This document shows, in pieces, positions 43,859 through 51,418 of a DNA stretch of 59,139 bases. A model generated the notes under the pieces. The model worked only from the letters and a program-made list of their open reading frames with translations, searched no databases and was not told where the DNA came from. Numbering within the stretch: the stretch's first letter is position 1; every line of letters begins with the position of its first letter. The position numbers and the translations under genes are program-made. This stretch comes from Candidatus Tayloriibacteriota bacterium (GTDB lineage Bacteria > Patescibacteriota > Minisyncoccia > Phycocordibacterales > HO2-43-120): positions 1 to 59,139 of the forward strand of contig JBDTMN010000006.1 in NCBI GenBank assembly GCA_039934295.1, given 5' to 3'.

Positions 43859-45850
43859 ATGAAAATATCTTCATACATAGACGAAATTTTTGGTCACCCT
43901 GAAGTCAAACACGGGCTTGTTGTTTTTAATCAGCCGGAATTGCAAGCACTAAATTTACTTTCAAAAATTGAAATTTCAAAACGCGAAGATGGAAGAATAG
44001 TTATACAGTGTTTGAAACGAGAAAGAGAGTTAGTTGCTAAACCGGAGGAAATTGTCCGTCAACTTTTTCTTGTGTATGTACGAGATTATCTCAAATATCC
44101 GATGAGCCAAGTAACTGTTGAGGAAAAAGTACAAATGGGATCAGACGACTCTAAGCGTGCTGATATTGTAGTTTTTACAGATGACACCTGCACACGCAAA
44201 TACATAATTTTTGAAGTCAAAAAACCAGACGCAGAAACTGGTGTTGAGCAATTACAGTCCTATCTCAATGCAACTGGGGTACACTTTGGCGTGTGGTCAA
44301 ATGGCAAAGATATTACATTTCAGCTCCGCGAAGAATCACCAGAAACAAGAGGTGAACCTTATCATTACCGTGATATCCCACGTCTACCTAAAAAGGGCGA
44401 AGCACTTGACGATGTTTTGAAGCCGCTTACCAAAAAAGACCTCCGCCCGATTCAAAACCTCAAAGATACCATCAAACGTCTTGAAGACACCGCACTTGCC
44501 AACGCCGGTGTAAACGCCTTTGACGAACTTTTCAAACTCTTTTTCGCCAAACTCCATGACGAATTTGATCAAAAAAAGAATGATACTTCCCCAATGCAGT
44601 TTCGTGTTCCAAAGGCAGACCCAGATACGGTTTATGAACGGATTAATGGTCTTTTTCAGGAAGCAAAAAATCGACCGGGTTGGCAAGGAATTTTTGACTC
44701 GGACGAAGTACTAAAACTCAAAGACGATGCGCTCATTCTTTGCGCCTCCGCGTTAGAGCCGCTTAGATTTCACGATGCCGATTTGGATGTAATAGACGCC
44801 GCTTTTGAATATCTTATCAACCCGGAACAGAAAAGCTCAAAAGGCCAATACTTTACCCCGCGCATGGTCGTTGATATGGCAGTAAGAATGATTGACCCTC
44901 AAGTGGACGAAAAAGTGATTGATCCTGCCTGTGGCTCTGCAGGATTTCTCATTCACACCATCAAGCATGTGCGCGATGCGCAAGGCTGGACTGATAATCG
45001 CGATGTTTCCCGATACGCAAATGATTATATTTACGCCGTTGATTTTGACGAAAAATTGAAAAAGGTTGCCAAAGTAATGATGCTTATCGCTGGCGATGGC
45101 AAGTCAAATGTATTTTCCGTGGACTCGTTGGACTATCGCAAATGGGCGCGCTCTGATGCAGCATCACCATCTCGCATCGGTCCGTTTAAACGCGACATTA
45201 AAGACGGAAATTTCGACGTGGTGCTTACCAACCCACCCTTTTCCGGAAAAATTACTGGAAAAGAACAGCTTTCGGCGTTTGAACTTTATGACCTCCGACA
45301 ATCGGGCAAGCTCGCCGATGACGAGGAAGAGATTGAGGATGAGGATGAAAAATCGAAAGCAAAAACGAAGCGCACCGTAAACTCTATGAAGCGCGACATC
45401 CTTTTTATCGAGCGATGCTTGCGATTCTTAAAACCCGGGGGGCGTATTGCGATTGTCCTTCCGCAAGGTAACCTCAATAATATCGGCACAAAAGCACTAC
45501 GAGAATGGATCATGCAAAAAGCGCGCATTCTTGCCGTCGTCGGTCTTGGTGTCAATACGTTCAAGCCGTTTACAGGTACGAAAACGAGCGTAATCTTTTT
45601 GCAGAAATGGGGTGGTATCGCCGGAATGCCAATAGCCGACTACCCGATTTTTATGGCGACGAGCGAACGCTCAGGCAAAAACAATTCCGGTGATTATATT
45701 GTGCTTGCAAACAAAGAAGGACACCTAATTGACCGCGAGGGCAATATCCTTGACCCTCTCAAAGAAAAGCCGATTGTTGATTCTGATTTGCGGGAGATCG
45801 CGTCAGCATTCCAACAATTCAGCAAAAAAGAAGGGATTACGTTTTACTAA
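43859..45850 (+). CDS. N6-adenine DNA methyltransferase subunit (HsdM-like) with N-terminal PD-(D/E)xK nuclease-fold domain
   Basis: QYFTPRMVVDMAV, motif I VIDPACGSAGFL, motif IV LTNPPF. The N-terminal ~150 aa contain RADIVVF...YIIFEVKKP (D...ExK), like the HsdR N-terminal domain. Confidence 0.88.
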   Translation: MKISSYIDEIFGHPEVKHGLVVFNQPELQALNLLSKIEISKREDGRIVIQCLKRERELVAKPEEIVRQLFLVYVRDYLKYPMSQVTVEEKVQMGSDDSKRADIVVFTDDTCTRKYIIFEVKKPDAETGVEQLQSYLNATGVHFGVWSNGKDITFQLREESPETRGEPYHYRDIPRLPKKGEALDDVLKPLTKKDLRPIQNLKDTIKRLEDTALANAGVNAFDELFKLFFAKLHDEFDQKKNDTSPMQFRVPKADPDTVYERINGLFQEAKNRPGWQGIFDSDEVLKLKDDALILCASALEPLRFHDADLDVIDAAFEYLINPEQKSSKGQYFTPRMVVDMAVRMIDPQVDEKVIDPACGSAGFLIHTIKHVRDAQGWTDNRDVSRYANDYIYAVDFDEKLKKVAKVMMLIAGDGKSNVFSVDSLDYRKWARSDAASPSRIGPFKRDIKDGNFDVVLTNPPFSGKITGKEQLSAFELYDLRQSGKLADDEEEIEDEDEKSKAKTKRTVNSMKRDILFIERCLRFLKPGGRIAIVLPQGNLNNIGTKALREWIMQKARILAVVGLGVNTFKPFTGTKTSVIFLQKWGGIAGMPIADYPIFMATSERSGKNNSGDYIVLANKEGHLIDREGNILDPLKEKPIVDSDLREIASAFQQFSKKEGITFY

Positions 45851-45851
45851 T

Positions 45852-47246
45852 ATGTCAACCATACAATCAATCAGAACAAAGAATCTCACCGAAGACCTGC
45901 GACTTGATTCAGAATTTTATCATCCCAAGCATTTGGAAAATGATGAAATTATCTCAAGGATTGGTGCTAATTCGCTGGGCGAGATTTCAGAGGTAATATA
46001 TGGAACAACCCCAGAGGGTGGAGTATTTGAAGATGAAGGCGTACCATTTATCCGATCTCAAAATTTCTATGACCACATTATCTCATCAGATTATGTCTTT
46101 TGTACAAATAAATTTCATATTGAACATGAGAACTCAAAATGTCTTCCTCGCGATCTTCTGTTTGCGGCAATAGGAGCAACTATTGGAGATTTTGCGATCG
46201 TGCCTACTTGGATAAATGAGGCAAATACAAATCAGAATATCGCAAGGGTGAGAATTAACAGCCAAAAATATAGAGCCGAATATGTATGGGCGTTTTTCCT
46301 TTCGCAGTATGGACAACTTCAATTGCACCGATATCCAACAGGAAATGCACAACCATATCTGAATACTTACCAATTCAACAGATTAAAAATTCCTTTCATA
46401 AAAAATCAAGAAAAATTTACTCAACTTGTTCAAGATATATTTAAATTAATAGAGTCATCAGATAGGTTATACCCCGAAGCCGAACAGGAGCTATTGAAGC
46501 GTATGGAATGGGACAAGGTAACGACAAATCACAGATTAAGCTACTCTGCGACAAGCAAAGATATTCTCACTGACGAACGGCTTGACCCCGAATTTTATCA
46601 GCCAAAATTTGAAAACCTTGAAAAACATTTGAAAAAAGTCGGCTCGCTAGCAATCGAGAAAGTATGCAATTTTGTAAATCATGGCATACAGCCCCCGTAT
46701 TTTGAGAACGGAACAGTCAGCGTCGTAACGCAAAAGGAAATGACGCCGACTTTTTTGGAACTTGAAAGTATCAAGGATTTTACCAGCGCGGATTTTTATA
46801 ACGAAAACCCTGATTTCAAATTAAAAAAGCACGATGTTTTGTTATATTCGGTTGGCGCATATATCGGACGTTGTAATATCCTACTGGACGAAATCAAAGC
46901 GATGGCAGGCAGTTATGTAACCATTTTGCGAGCGAATGGGGATTTTATTGTTCCAGAATATCTCGCTTTGTTTCTGAATTCTACGGCGGGTGTATTGCAA
47001 TCAAGACAACAGATGCGTGGTACGGCTCAACATTATTTATACCCACGCGATATAAAGAAAATAAAAGTTTTCATTCCGCGGGACAAAAACGGCAAGCCCG
47101 ATCTGGCATGGCAGAAGAAACTCGCCGCCAAAGTTATTCAGGCAAATGAAGCAAAAAAATTTGCACAACAAAAACTGCAAGAAGCTAAGGAACTAGTTGA
47201 GCAAGAAATTGAAAAATTAATGATTGATCAAAGAACTGTTATTTAG
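45852..47246 (+). CDS. Restriction-modification specificity subunit (HsdS-like, two target-recognition domains)
   Basis: Duplicated blocks LDSEFYHPK / LDPEFYQPKF start each TRD, with conserved helical spacers. I prefer the internal ATG at 45852, 2 nt after the methylase stop. Confidence 0.88.
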   Translation: MSTIQSIRTKNLTEDLRLDSEFYHPKHLENDEIISRIGANSLGEISEVIYGTTPEGGVFEDEGVPFIRSQNFYDHIISSDYVFCTNKFHIEHENSKCLPRDLLFAAIGATIGDFAIVPTWINEANTNQNIARVRINSQKYRAEYVWAFFLSQYGQLQLHRYPTGNAQPYLNTYQFNRLKIPFIKNQEKFTQLVQDIFKLIESSDRLYPEAEQELLKRMEWDKVTTNHRLSYSATSKDILTDERLDPEFYQPKFENLEKHLKKVGSLAIEKVCNFVNHGIQPPYFENGTVSVVTQKEMTPTFLELESIKDFTSADFYNENPDFKLKKHDVLLYSVGAYIGRCNILLDEIKAMAGSYVTILRANGDFIVPEYLALFLNSTAGVLQSRQQMRGTAQHYLYPRDIKKIKVFIPRDKNGKPDLAWQKKLAAKVIQANEAKKFAQQKLQEAKELVEQEIEKLMIDQRTVI

Positions 47247-47254
47247 CTAAATTT

Positions 47255-47428
47255 ATGCTTTATTTTGCTTATGGCTCAAATATGGACGAAAATCGCCTAA
47301 AAGAAAGGATGACTTCAGATAACAGCAAATATGGAGTTATTCCGCGCGGAAAATATTCAATACTATATGGTGAACGCAAGGAGGGATATAAATTAGTTTT
47401 TAATAAGAAGGGGGCAGATGGATTATGA
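47255..47428 (+). pseudogene. Truncated gamma-glutamylcyclotransferase (AIG2/GGCT-like) N-terminal fragment
   Basis: MLYFAYGSNMDENRLKERM matches the GGCT YGSL/YGSN start. The ORF is only 57 aa, so probably truncated. Confidence 0.45.
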
Positions 47429-47452
47429 ACTGATTTATGATATAGTTCATAT

Positions 47453-47707
47453 ATGGCAATTGAACGACTATCAACCTCCACAGGCGAGCATCTTGACCTC
47501 TCAATAAATAATGGGGATATTGAAGCATTAAGAAATACAGCTACTCGGCTCGGGTTTAGAGACGAAGAAAGCATGCTCCGTTTTATGCTTGCTGTACTTT
47601 CAAAATCGGCGACCAGGGTAATAACGATTACAGACCAAAATAGTGCCAAAGTCAGTCTTAATCCGTCCCCTGATTTATTAAGACCGACAAATCCGCCTGC
47701 ACAATAA
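47453..47707 (+). CDS. Hypothetical small protein
   Basis: ORF of 84 aa. No motif recognised. The antisense ORF 47269..47649 is judged a shadow. Confidence 0.35.
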   Translation: MAIERLSTSTGEHLDLSINNGDIEALRNTATRLGFRDEESMLRFMLAVLSKSATRVITITDQNSAKVSLNPSPDLLRPTNPPAQ

Positions 47708-47713
47708 AATGAT

Positions 47714-47965
47714 ATGGCTAACGAAGAAACATCAAAAAAAGATTTTCATGTCGAAAAGCTAGTCGAAGAACATGGCAAGGATATTTCAGGTATTGTGGAA
47801 AAATTACTGAAATCCTATTCATCAGAAAGATATAAAGATTTTCAAAAGGATGTGGAAGAAATTGTCGGAAGATATCTAAAATCGGTATTAGGGTGGGCTG
47901 TGCTTGTGTGGCTAATATCAATGGTAGCAAGCATGTTATTACAAAAAGTTTTTAATATATTTTAG
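47714..47965 (+). CDS. Hypothetical small protein with C-terminal TM anchor
   Basis: ORF of 83 aa. TM segment GWAVLVWLISMVASMLL. It starts 7 nt after the previous ORF. Confidence 0.4.
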   Translation: MANEETSKKDFHVEKLVEEHGKDISGIVEKLLKSYSSERYKDFQKDVEEIVGRYLKSVLGWAVLVWLISMVASMLLQKVFNIF

Positions 47966-47994
47966 TGTAATTAAGTACATAGTTCCCGAAAACC

Positions 47995-48023
47995 TTGCAT
48001 TTTCCCAGCAATAGTGCTATACT
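47995..48023 (+). promoter_or_regulatory. Sigma70-like promoter (TTGCAT, 17 nt spacer, TATACT)
   Basis: TTGCAT at 47995-48000 and TATACT at 48018-48023. Confidence 0.55.
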
Positions 48024-48029
48024 AAAATG

Positions 48030-48247
48030 GTAGTTCCTTTAATTATAAACAGCTGTAATCTATGCAGAAAATCATAGATCGTTTATGTCTCTTTGCTCTC
48101 GGACCCTTCTTCACAAGGTTTCGACGGGCGCGGTAGGTGACTTGGGAAATCTGCGAGAAGCCACATGATATGAACGACTGACCTTAAAGCGGTTGGGAGA
48201 TTTCATTGAGCCAGTCGGGCTCGATTAAATCTCTTAGTCGCTTTTTT
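48030..48247 (+). ncRNA. Candidate ~220 nt sRNA or cis-regulatory leader upstream of the HD hydrolase gene
   Basis: Bounded by the promoter at 47995-48023 and a 15 bp hairpin (GAGATTTCATTGAGC-cagtcgg-GCTCGATTAAATCTC, 48197-48233) followed by a T6 run. It contains hairpin ATCTATG...CATAGAT and a 24-codon mini-ORF at 48062-48136 (MQKIIDRLCLFALGPFFTRFRRAR). Local GC is higher than the surroundings. Confidence 0.35.
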
Positions 48248-48310
48248 GTTTGCTTGGTCGGCAAATGACGAAGCTACAAGCATTAAAAATTAATAACTTA
48301 TAAACAAAAT

Positions 48311-48991
48311 ATGAGTAAAAGTAAAAAGTTACAAAGTTCAGGAGTTGATTGGGGTCAGGTCATTGTAGATGCACTTCGTGAGGAAACAAAAGAAGAAAAG
48401 AATATTCCTATAGAAAAAGCAGCTAGATTGGTAAAAGAACGAATTAAAGGAAATCGCAAAGGTCTAGAAGAACCGAATTATCTGCACTCCTTTCGAGTGC
48501 GGGATTTAGTTATGAAGTTTTCCCTGGTAGACGACCCTAATAGTGATCTTTTCGTAGCGGCCTTGCTTCACGATATCGTGGAGGACGGAGGAGTTTCGTT
48601 TGATGAGCTCAAAGACATGGATTTTTCTGACCGAACTATTGAACTTGTGAAATTGTGCACTCACCCAATGGATATAAAGAACAAAACTGAAAGATGGATG
48701 CGGATGGTAAATAGACTAATTGAAGCAAATGATCATGATGCGTGGCGCATCAAAGTTGCCGACCTCGCGGATAACTTGAAACAATCTAAGGGATTAACTT
48801 TGGAGAATCGTGAATTTATGATTGATGTTAAAGCGCCAATATTTCTTCGGTTAGCCATTCTTGTTCCTGATTCACCTTATTCTGTGCTAGAAAAAGAAAT
48901 AGAAAAGCAGAAAAAAGAATTAGCAGAAAAATCAGAATCGGAAATTACATTTTTACCAAAGTATGAAAATCCTGAAAATACAGTGATATAA
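48311..48991 (+). CDS. HD-domain protein of the RelA/SpoT hydrolase type (small alarmone hydrolase-like)
   Basis: HSFRV...AALLHDIVEDGG...IKVADLADNL matches the SpoT hydrolase motifs (H..H, HD, ED, LADRLHN). No synthetase domain is present. Confidence 0.75.
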   Translation: MSKSKKLQSSGVDWGQVIVDALREETKEEKNIPIEKAARLVKERIKGNRKGLEEPNYLHSFRVRDLVMKFSLVDDPNSDLFVAALLHDIVEDGGVSFDELKDMDFSDRTIELVKLCTHPMDIKNKTERWMRMVNRLIEANDHDAWRIKVADLADNLKQSKGLTLENREFMIDVKAPIFLRLAILVPDSPYSVLEKEIEKQKKELAEKSESEITFLPKYENPENTVI

Positions 48992-49132
48992 TATATTCAT
49001 GATACTACAAATCAAATAGAGGAGAAGGGTGGAATTGCGGCGGGAAGAAGGAGAAGAAGTAAAACACAATATTTCAAGAGGGAAAGGGTTGTCCAGTTAT
49101 CAACATGTTTGGCTTGACTTCTTTACATAGTT

Positions 49133-49166
49133 TGTGTAAACATGTTCGTATGAACATGTTTACACA
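49133..49166. promoter_or_regulatory. 15 bp perfect palindrome (putative operator) centred on the antitoxin start codon
   Basis: TGTGTAAACATGTTC-gtat-GAACATGTTTACACA. The ATG at 49150 lies in the centre. Confidence 0.5.
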
Positions 49167-49842
49167 AAAAATAAAGGACTTCCGTATTAAAAAAGGGTTG
49201 TCTCAAGAGACTGTGGCGCGGGCTATTGGCGTATCTAGACCGACATATACAGCTATTGAGGCAGGAAAACAGAGGCTTGACCTGGATGAAGCGGGGAAAC
49301 TCGCAAGTTTTTTTGGTATTGATGTGGACACACTTCTCTCGGGAAATGTCCCAGATATTATGAAGTATAAACACATGATATTGACATATCTACGAATGAA
49401 TTTGTCAAAAGATAAAAAAGTGCCAAAAACTAAACTTGCCAAGCTCTTGTACCTAGCTGACTTTGCGTGGTTCTATGATCATTTTGAAAGTATGAGTGGA
49501 ATGCAATATAGGAAGATTGCCTACGGTCCTGTTCCTGACATGTTTTTCCGCGCAATAGACGAACTCGAAGAAGACGGAAAAATTATTATTGATAGAAAAG
49601 TTTCCGAAGGAAAGGAGATGTTTTTAATTAGCGAATCTGAAAGTAATGCCAACGAAAAGATTAACACCCTCTCGGCTCTCGAAAATGGCTTAATAAAAAA
49701 AATTGCAAAAAAATGGAAAGATAAAAAAACTGAGGAAATTGTGAACTTTACGCACAATCAGTTGCCTTATTTTTTGTGTCGAGACAATGAGCTCATCCCC
49801 TATGGGCTTATTACCCAAGAAGATCCTGGGTTCGTGTACTAG
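49150..49842 (+). CDS. XRE-family HTH fused to a Panacea (DUF4065/SocA-like) antitoxin domain
   Basis: HTH LSQETVARAIGVSRPTYTAIEAGKQ. The Panacea-like block is KTKLAKLLYLADFAWFYDHFESMSGMQYRKIAYGPVP. Confidence 0.75.
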   Translation: MNMFTQKIKDFRIKKGLSQETVARAIGVSRPTYTAIEAGKQRLDLDEAGKLASFFGIDVDTLLSGNVPDIMKYKHMILTYLRMNLSKDKKVPKTKLAKLLYLADFAWFYDHFESMSGMQYRKIAYGPVPDMFFRAIDELEEDGKIIIDRKVSEGKEMFLISESESNANEKINTLSALENGLIKKIAKKWKDKKTEEIVNFTHNQLPYFLCRDNELIPYGLITQEDPGFVY

Positions 49843-49848
49843 ATTGCC

Positions 49849-50241
49849 ATGCTAGGAAATTTCTCTGTCCAAATTGAGAGCTTTGCGAGAAGGCACTTCA
49901 TAAAAAGTTTTCAGAAGAAGTATAAAAGCAAGTGGGATTTTACATTGATATATATTATCGAGGAGCTTGCCCGCCTGGATAATTTCTTGAAAACTGATAG
50001 AGCAGAAACTATAATTGATGCGGGCGATATTAAAATAGTGAAGACAAAATTCAGAGTGGCAGGAACGAATGAATCTGCAAAAGCGTCTGGTAATCGATGT
50101 ATTGTTGCTTGGTGTATTAGTAAGCAGTCAGTATCAATCTTGCTTGTATACGGTAAAACAGATTTGAGTGGTAAAAATGAAACTGCGAACTGGAAAGCAT
50201 TAATAAAAGATAATTATAAAGAGTATTCGAGCCTATTCTAG
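49849..50241 (+). CDS. Putative toxin, RelE/ParE-superfamily-like
   Basis: Length 130 aa. KFRVAGTNESAKASGNRCIVAWCISKQSVSILLVYGKTDLSGKNE resembles the ..SGG.R.I.....v.lL.iY.K.e..n pattern of RelE-like toxins. It lies 6 nt downstream of the Panacea gene. Confidence 0.55.
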   Translation: MLGNFSVQIESFARRHFIKSFQKKYKSKWDFTLIYIIEELARLDNFLKTDRAETIIDAGDIKIVKTKFRVAGTNESAKASGNRCIVAWCISKQSVSILLVYGKTDLSGKNETANWKALIKDNYKEYSSLF

Positions 50242-50383
50242 GAGCCACCCGCTCGCAACCCTCTCCTCCTTTGCGAGCGGGCTTGCGTGCGAACGGGAGG
50301 CCGTTCAGGCTCTGAAGAGAGCCTTCAGGCTCGAACGGGGGGTCCCGCCTTCGCTAAAGCTACGGACGGTCAAGCAAGCGCAA
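50242..50383. repeat. GC-rich hairpin-rich spacer carrying the TTCGCTAAAGCTACG..CAAGCAAGC motif
   Basis: Hairpins CCCGCTCGCAA...TTGCGAGCGGG and AGGCTCT-gaag-AGAGCCT. The segment 50345-50379 matches 26215-26249 (inside the PEP-enzyme gene) at 30 of 35 positions. Confidence 0.6.
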
Positions 50384-50956
50384 TTAGGTTGTGATTTGCT
50401 TACGTCTTACGATGAGCAAGATTGAAAGCAACGCATTCCCAATTACCCAAGCTATGATCCATGAGGTGGATAAGTAGTTATAATTTTCTATTGCCAATAA
50501 TGCTAGAGCGAACCGGATGGCATTTGTTACATACAGCGATAAAGTTTCAGAGTGCGGGTCCCGATAAGATTTACGCACAGTTGGGATAAATGCCAACATA
50601 TCAGCAAGAATAACTAAGGAAATCGAAATTTCAGGCTGATCAGCAAGTAACCAGAAGCCGATTGCAGCGAGGGATAATATGGCTACAATAGTGTCGGAAG
50701 TTGTGATATCTCTTTTGCCATTTTTAAAACTCAAGACTACAACCCCAATGCAAAGAAGACCCGCGGCGGCCGTAATCCAAGTAGCTGGACCTGCACCTCC
50801 CTTGATTTGCAAAGCAACGAGCAAGATTGTAAGCAAACCCCACAGTGACCAGCTGTATATGTGCGGACGAGTTTTACCTTTACGGATGTCCCGATAGTAA
50901 GGGATATAAGCTATAAAAGTCAGCACCACAGCAATAACACCGATGATTTCTTTCAT
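50384..50956 (-). CDS. Multi-pass membrane protein, hypothetical
   Basis: About 190 aa with 6 hydrophobic segments. Internal ATG at 50956 (MKEIIGV) preferred. Confidence 0.5.
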   Translation of the reverse strand: MKEIIGVIAVVLTFIAYIPYYRDIRKGKTRPHIYSWSLWGLLTILLVALQIKGGAGPATWITAAAGLLCIGVVVLSFKNGKRDITTSDTIVAILSLAAIGFWLLADQPEISISLVILADMLAFIPTVRKSYRDPHSETLSLYVTNAIRFALALLAIENYNYLSTSWIIAWVIGNALLSILLIVRRKQITT

Positions 50957-51262
50957 ATTGTAATAATTATAACATCTCTCAATTAATTTCACCCGCATTT
51001 GCGTGGAGCTCGGACATTTCCGCTAGGGCGTCACAGACTCTCGAATGAGCGCCGACGTAGCAAGCAAGAAATAATCTAAAATCTTGAGAAATACAATGTC
51101 CGAGGCTGATGTTAGGATACGTCCCCTTTAGATTTGGTCGGAAAATGCTAGAATGACCGCAGGCACGACATCATCATTTGCCAAATTACCCGCCCGAACG
51201 ACTGATAAGAATCAGATTCGTTCAGTCGGGCGGGGCTCAGTTGGTACCCCTGTCCGCATAAT

Positions 51263-51338
51263 GCCAAAGTAGCTCAGATGGTAGAGCAACCGATTCGTAA
51301 TCGGTAGGTCGTGAGTTCGATTCTCACCTTTGGCTCCA
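51263..51338 (+). tRNA. tRNA-Thr (anticodon CGU), CCA encoded
   Basis: Acceptor GCCAAAG/CTTTGGC, anticodon stem ACCGA/TCGGT with loop TTCGTAA, T-arm GTGAG-TTCGATT-CTCAC, then TCCA. Confidence 0.93.
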
Positions 51339-51383
51339 AAAGGATAAAATTTGAGTCAGATTCAGGATTGAGATGAGGGGGTA

Positions 51384-51412
51384 TTGACGTATTAGATGAC
51401 ATCTGTTATGCT
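51384..51412 (+). promoter_or_regulatory. Sigma70-like promoter (TTGACG, 17 nt spacer, TATGCT)
   Basis: TTGACG at 51384-51389 and TATGCT at 51407-51412. Confidence 0.5.
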
Positions 51413-51418
51413 CTAGAA

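Noticed and set aside
43859-47246. Classical three-subunit type I R-M system.
   Set aside because: No HsdR (helicase-nuclease) gene is adjacent or anywhere in the window. Only the methylase and S genes are present, hence the BcgI-like alternative raised in the findings.
48095-48106. The reverse complement reads GGGTCCGAGAGC, reminiscent of the GGUCCGAGAG box of ykkC (guanidine/ppGpp/PRPP) riboswitches. This was tempting given the adjacent alarmone-hydrolase-like gene.
   Set aside because: The match is on the strand opposite to the HD gene and to the mapped promoter and terminator. The other ykkC boxes (CUAGGGUUCCG, ACACGG..GGGAUAAAAGCCCGGGAGA) are not visible.
48117-48128. GGTTTCGACGGG resembles the conserved GGAUUCGACGGG near the 5' end of tmRNA.
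   Set aside because: No GGGG-type acceptor 5' end precedes it. No tRNA-like T-arm or CCA 3' end follows, and no plausible tag reading frame ending in a stop is present. Treated as chance similarity pending a covariance-model scan.
39505-51262. Integrase, recombinase or transposase expected for an island next to a tRNA.
   Set aside because: None of the ORFs shows tyrosine- or serine-recombinase or DDE motifs that I can recognise. The island is therefore described as integrase-less or decayed, not as an active mobile element.
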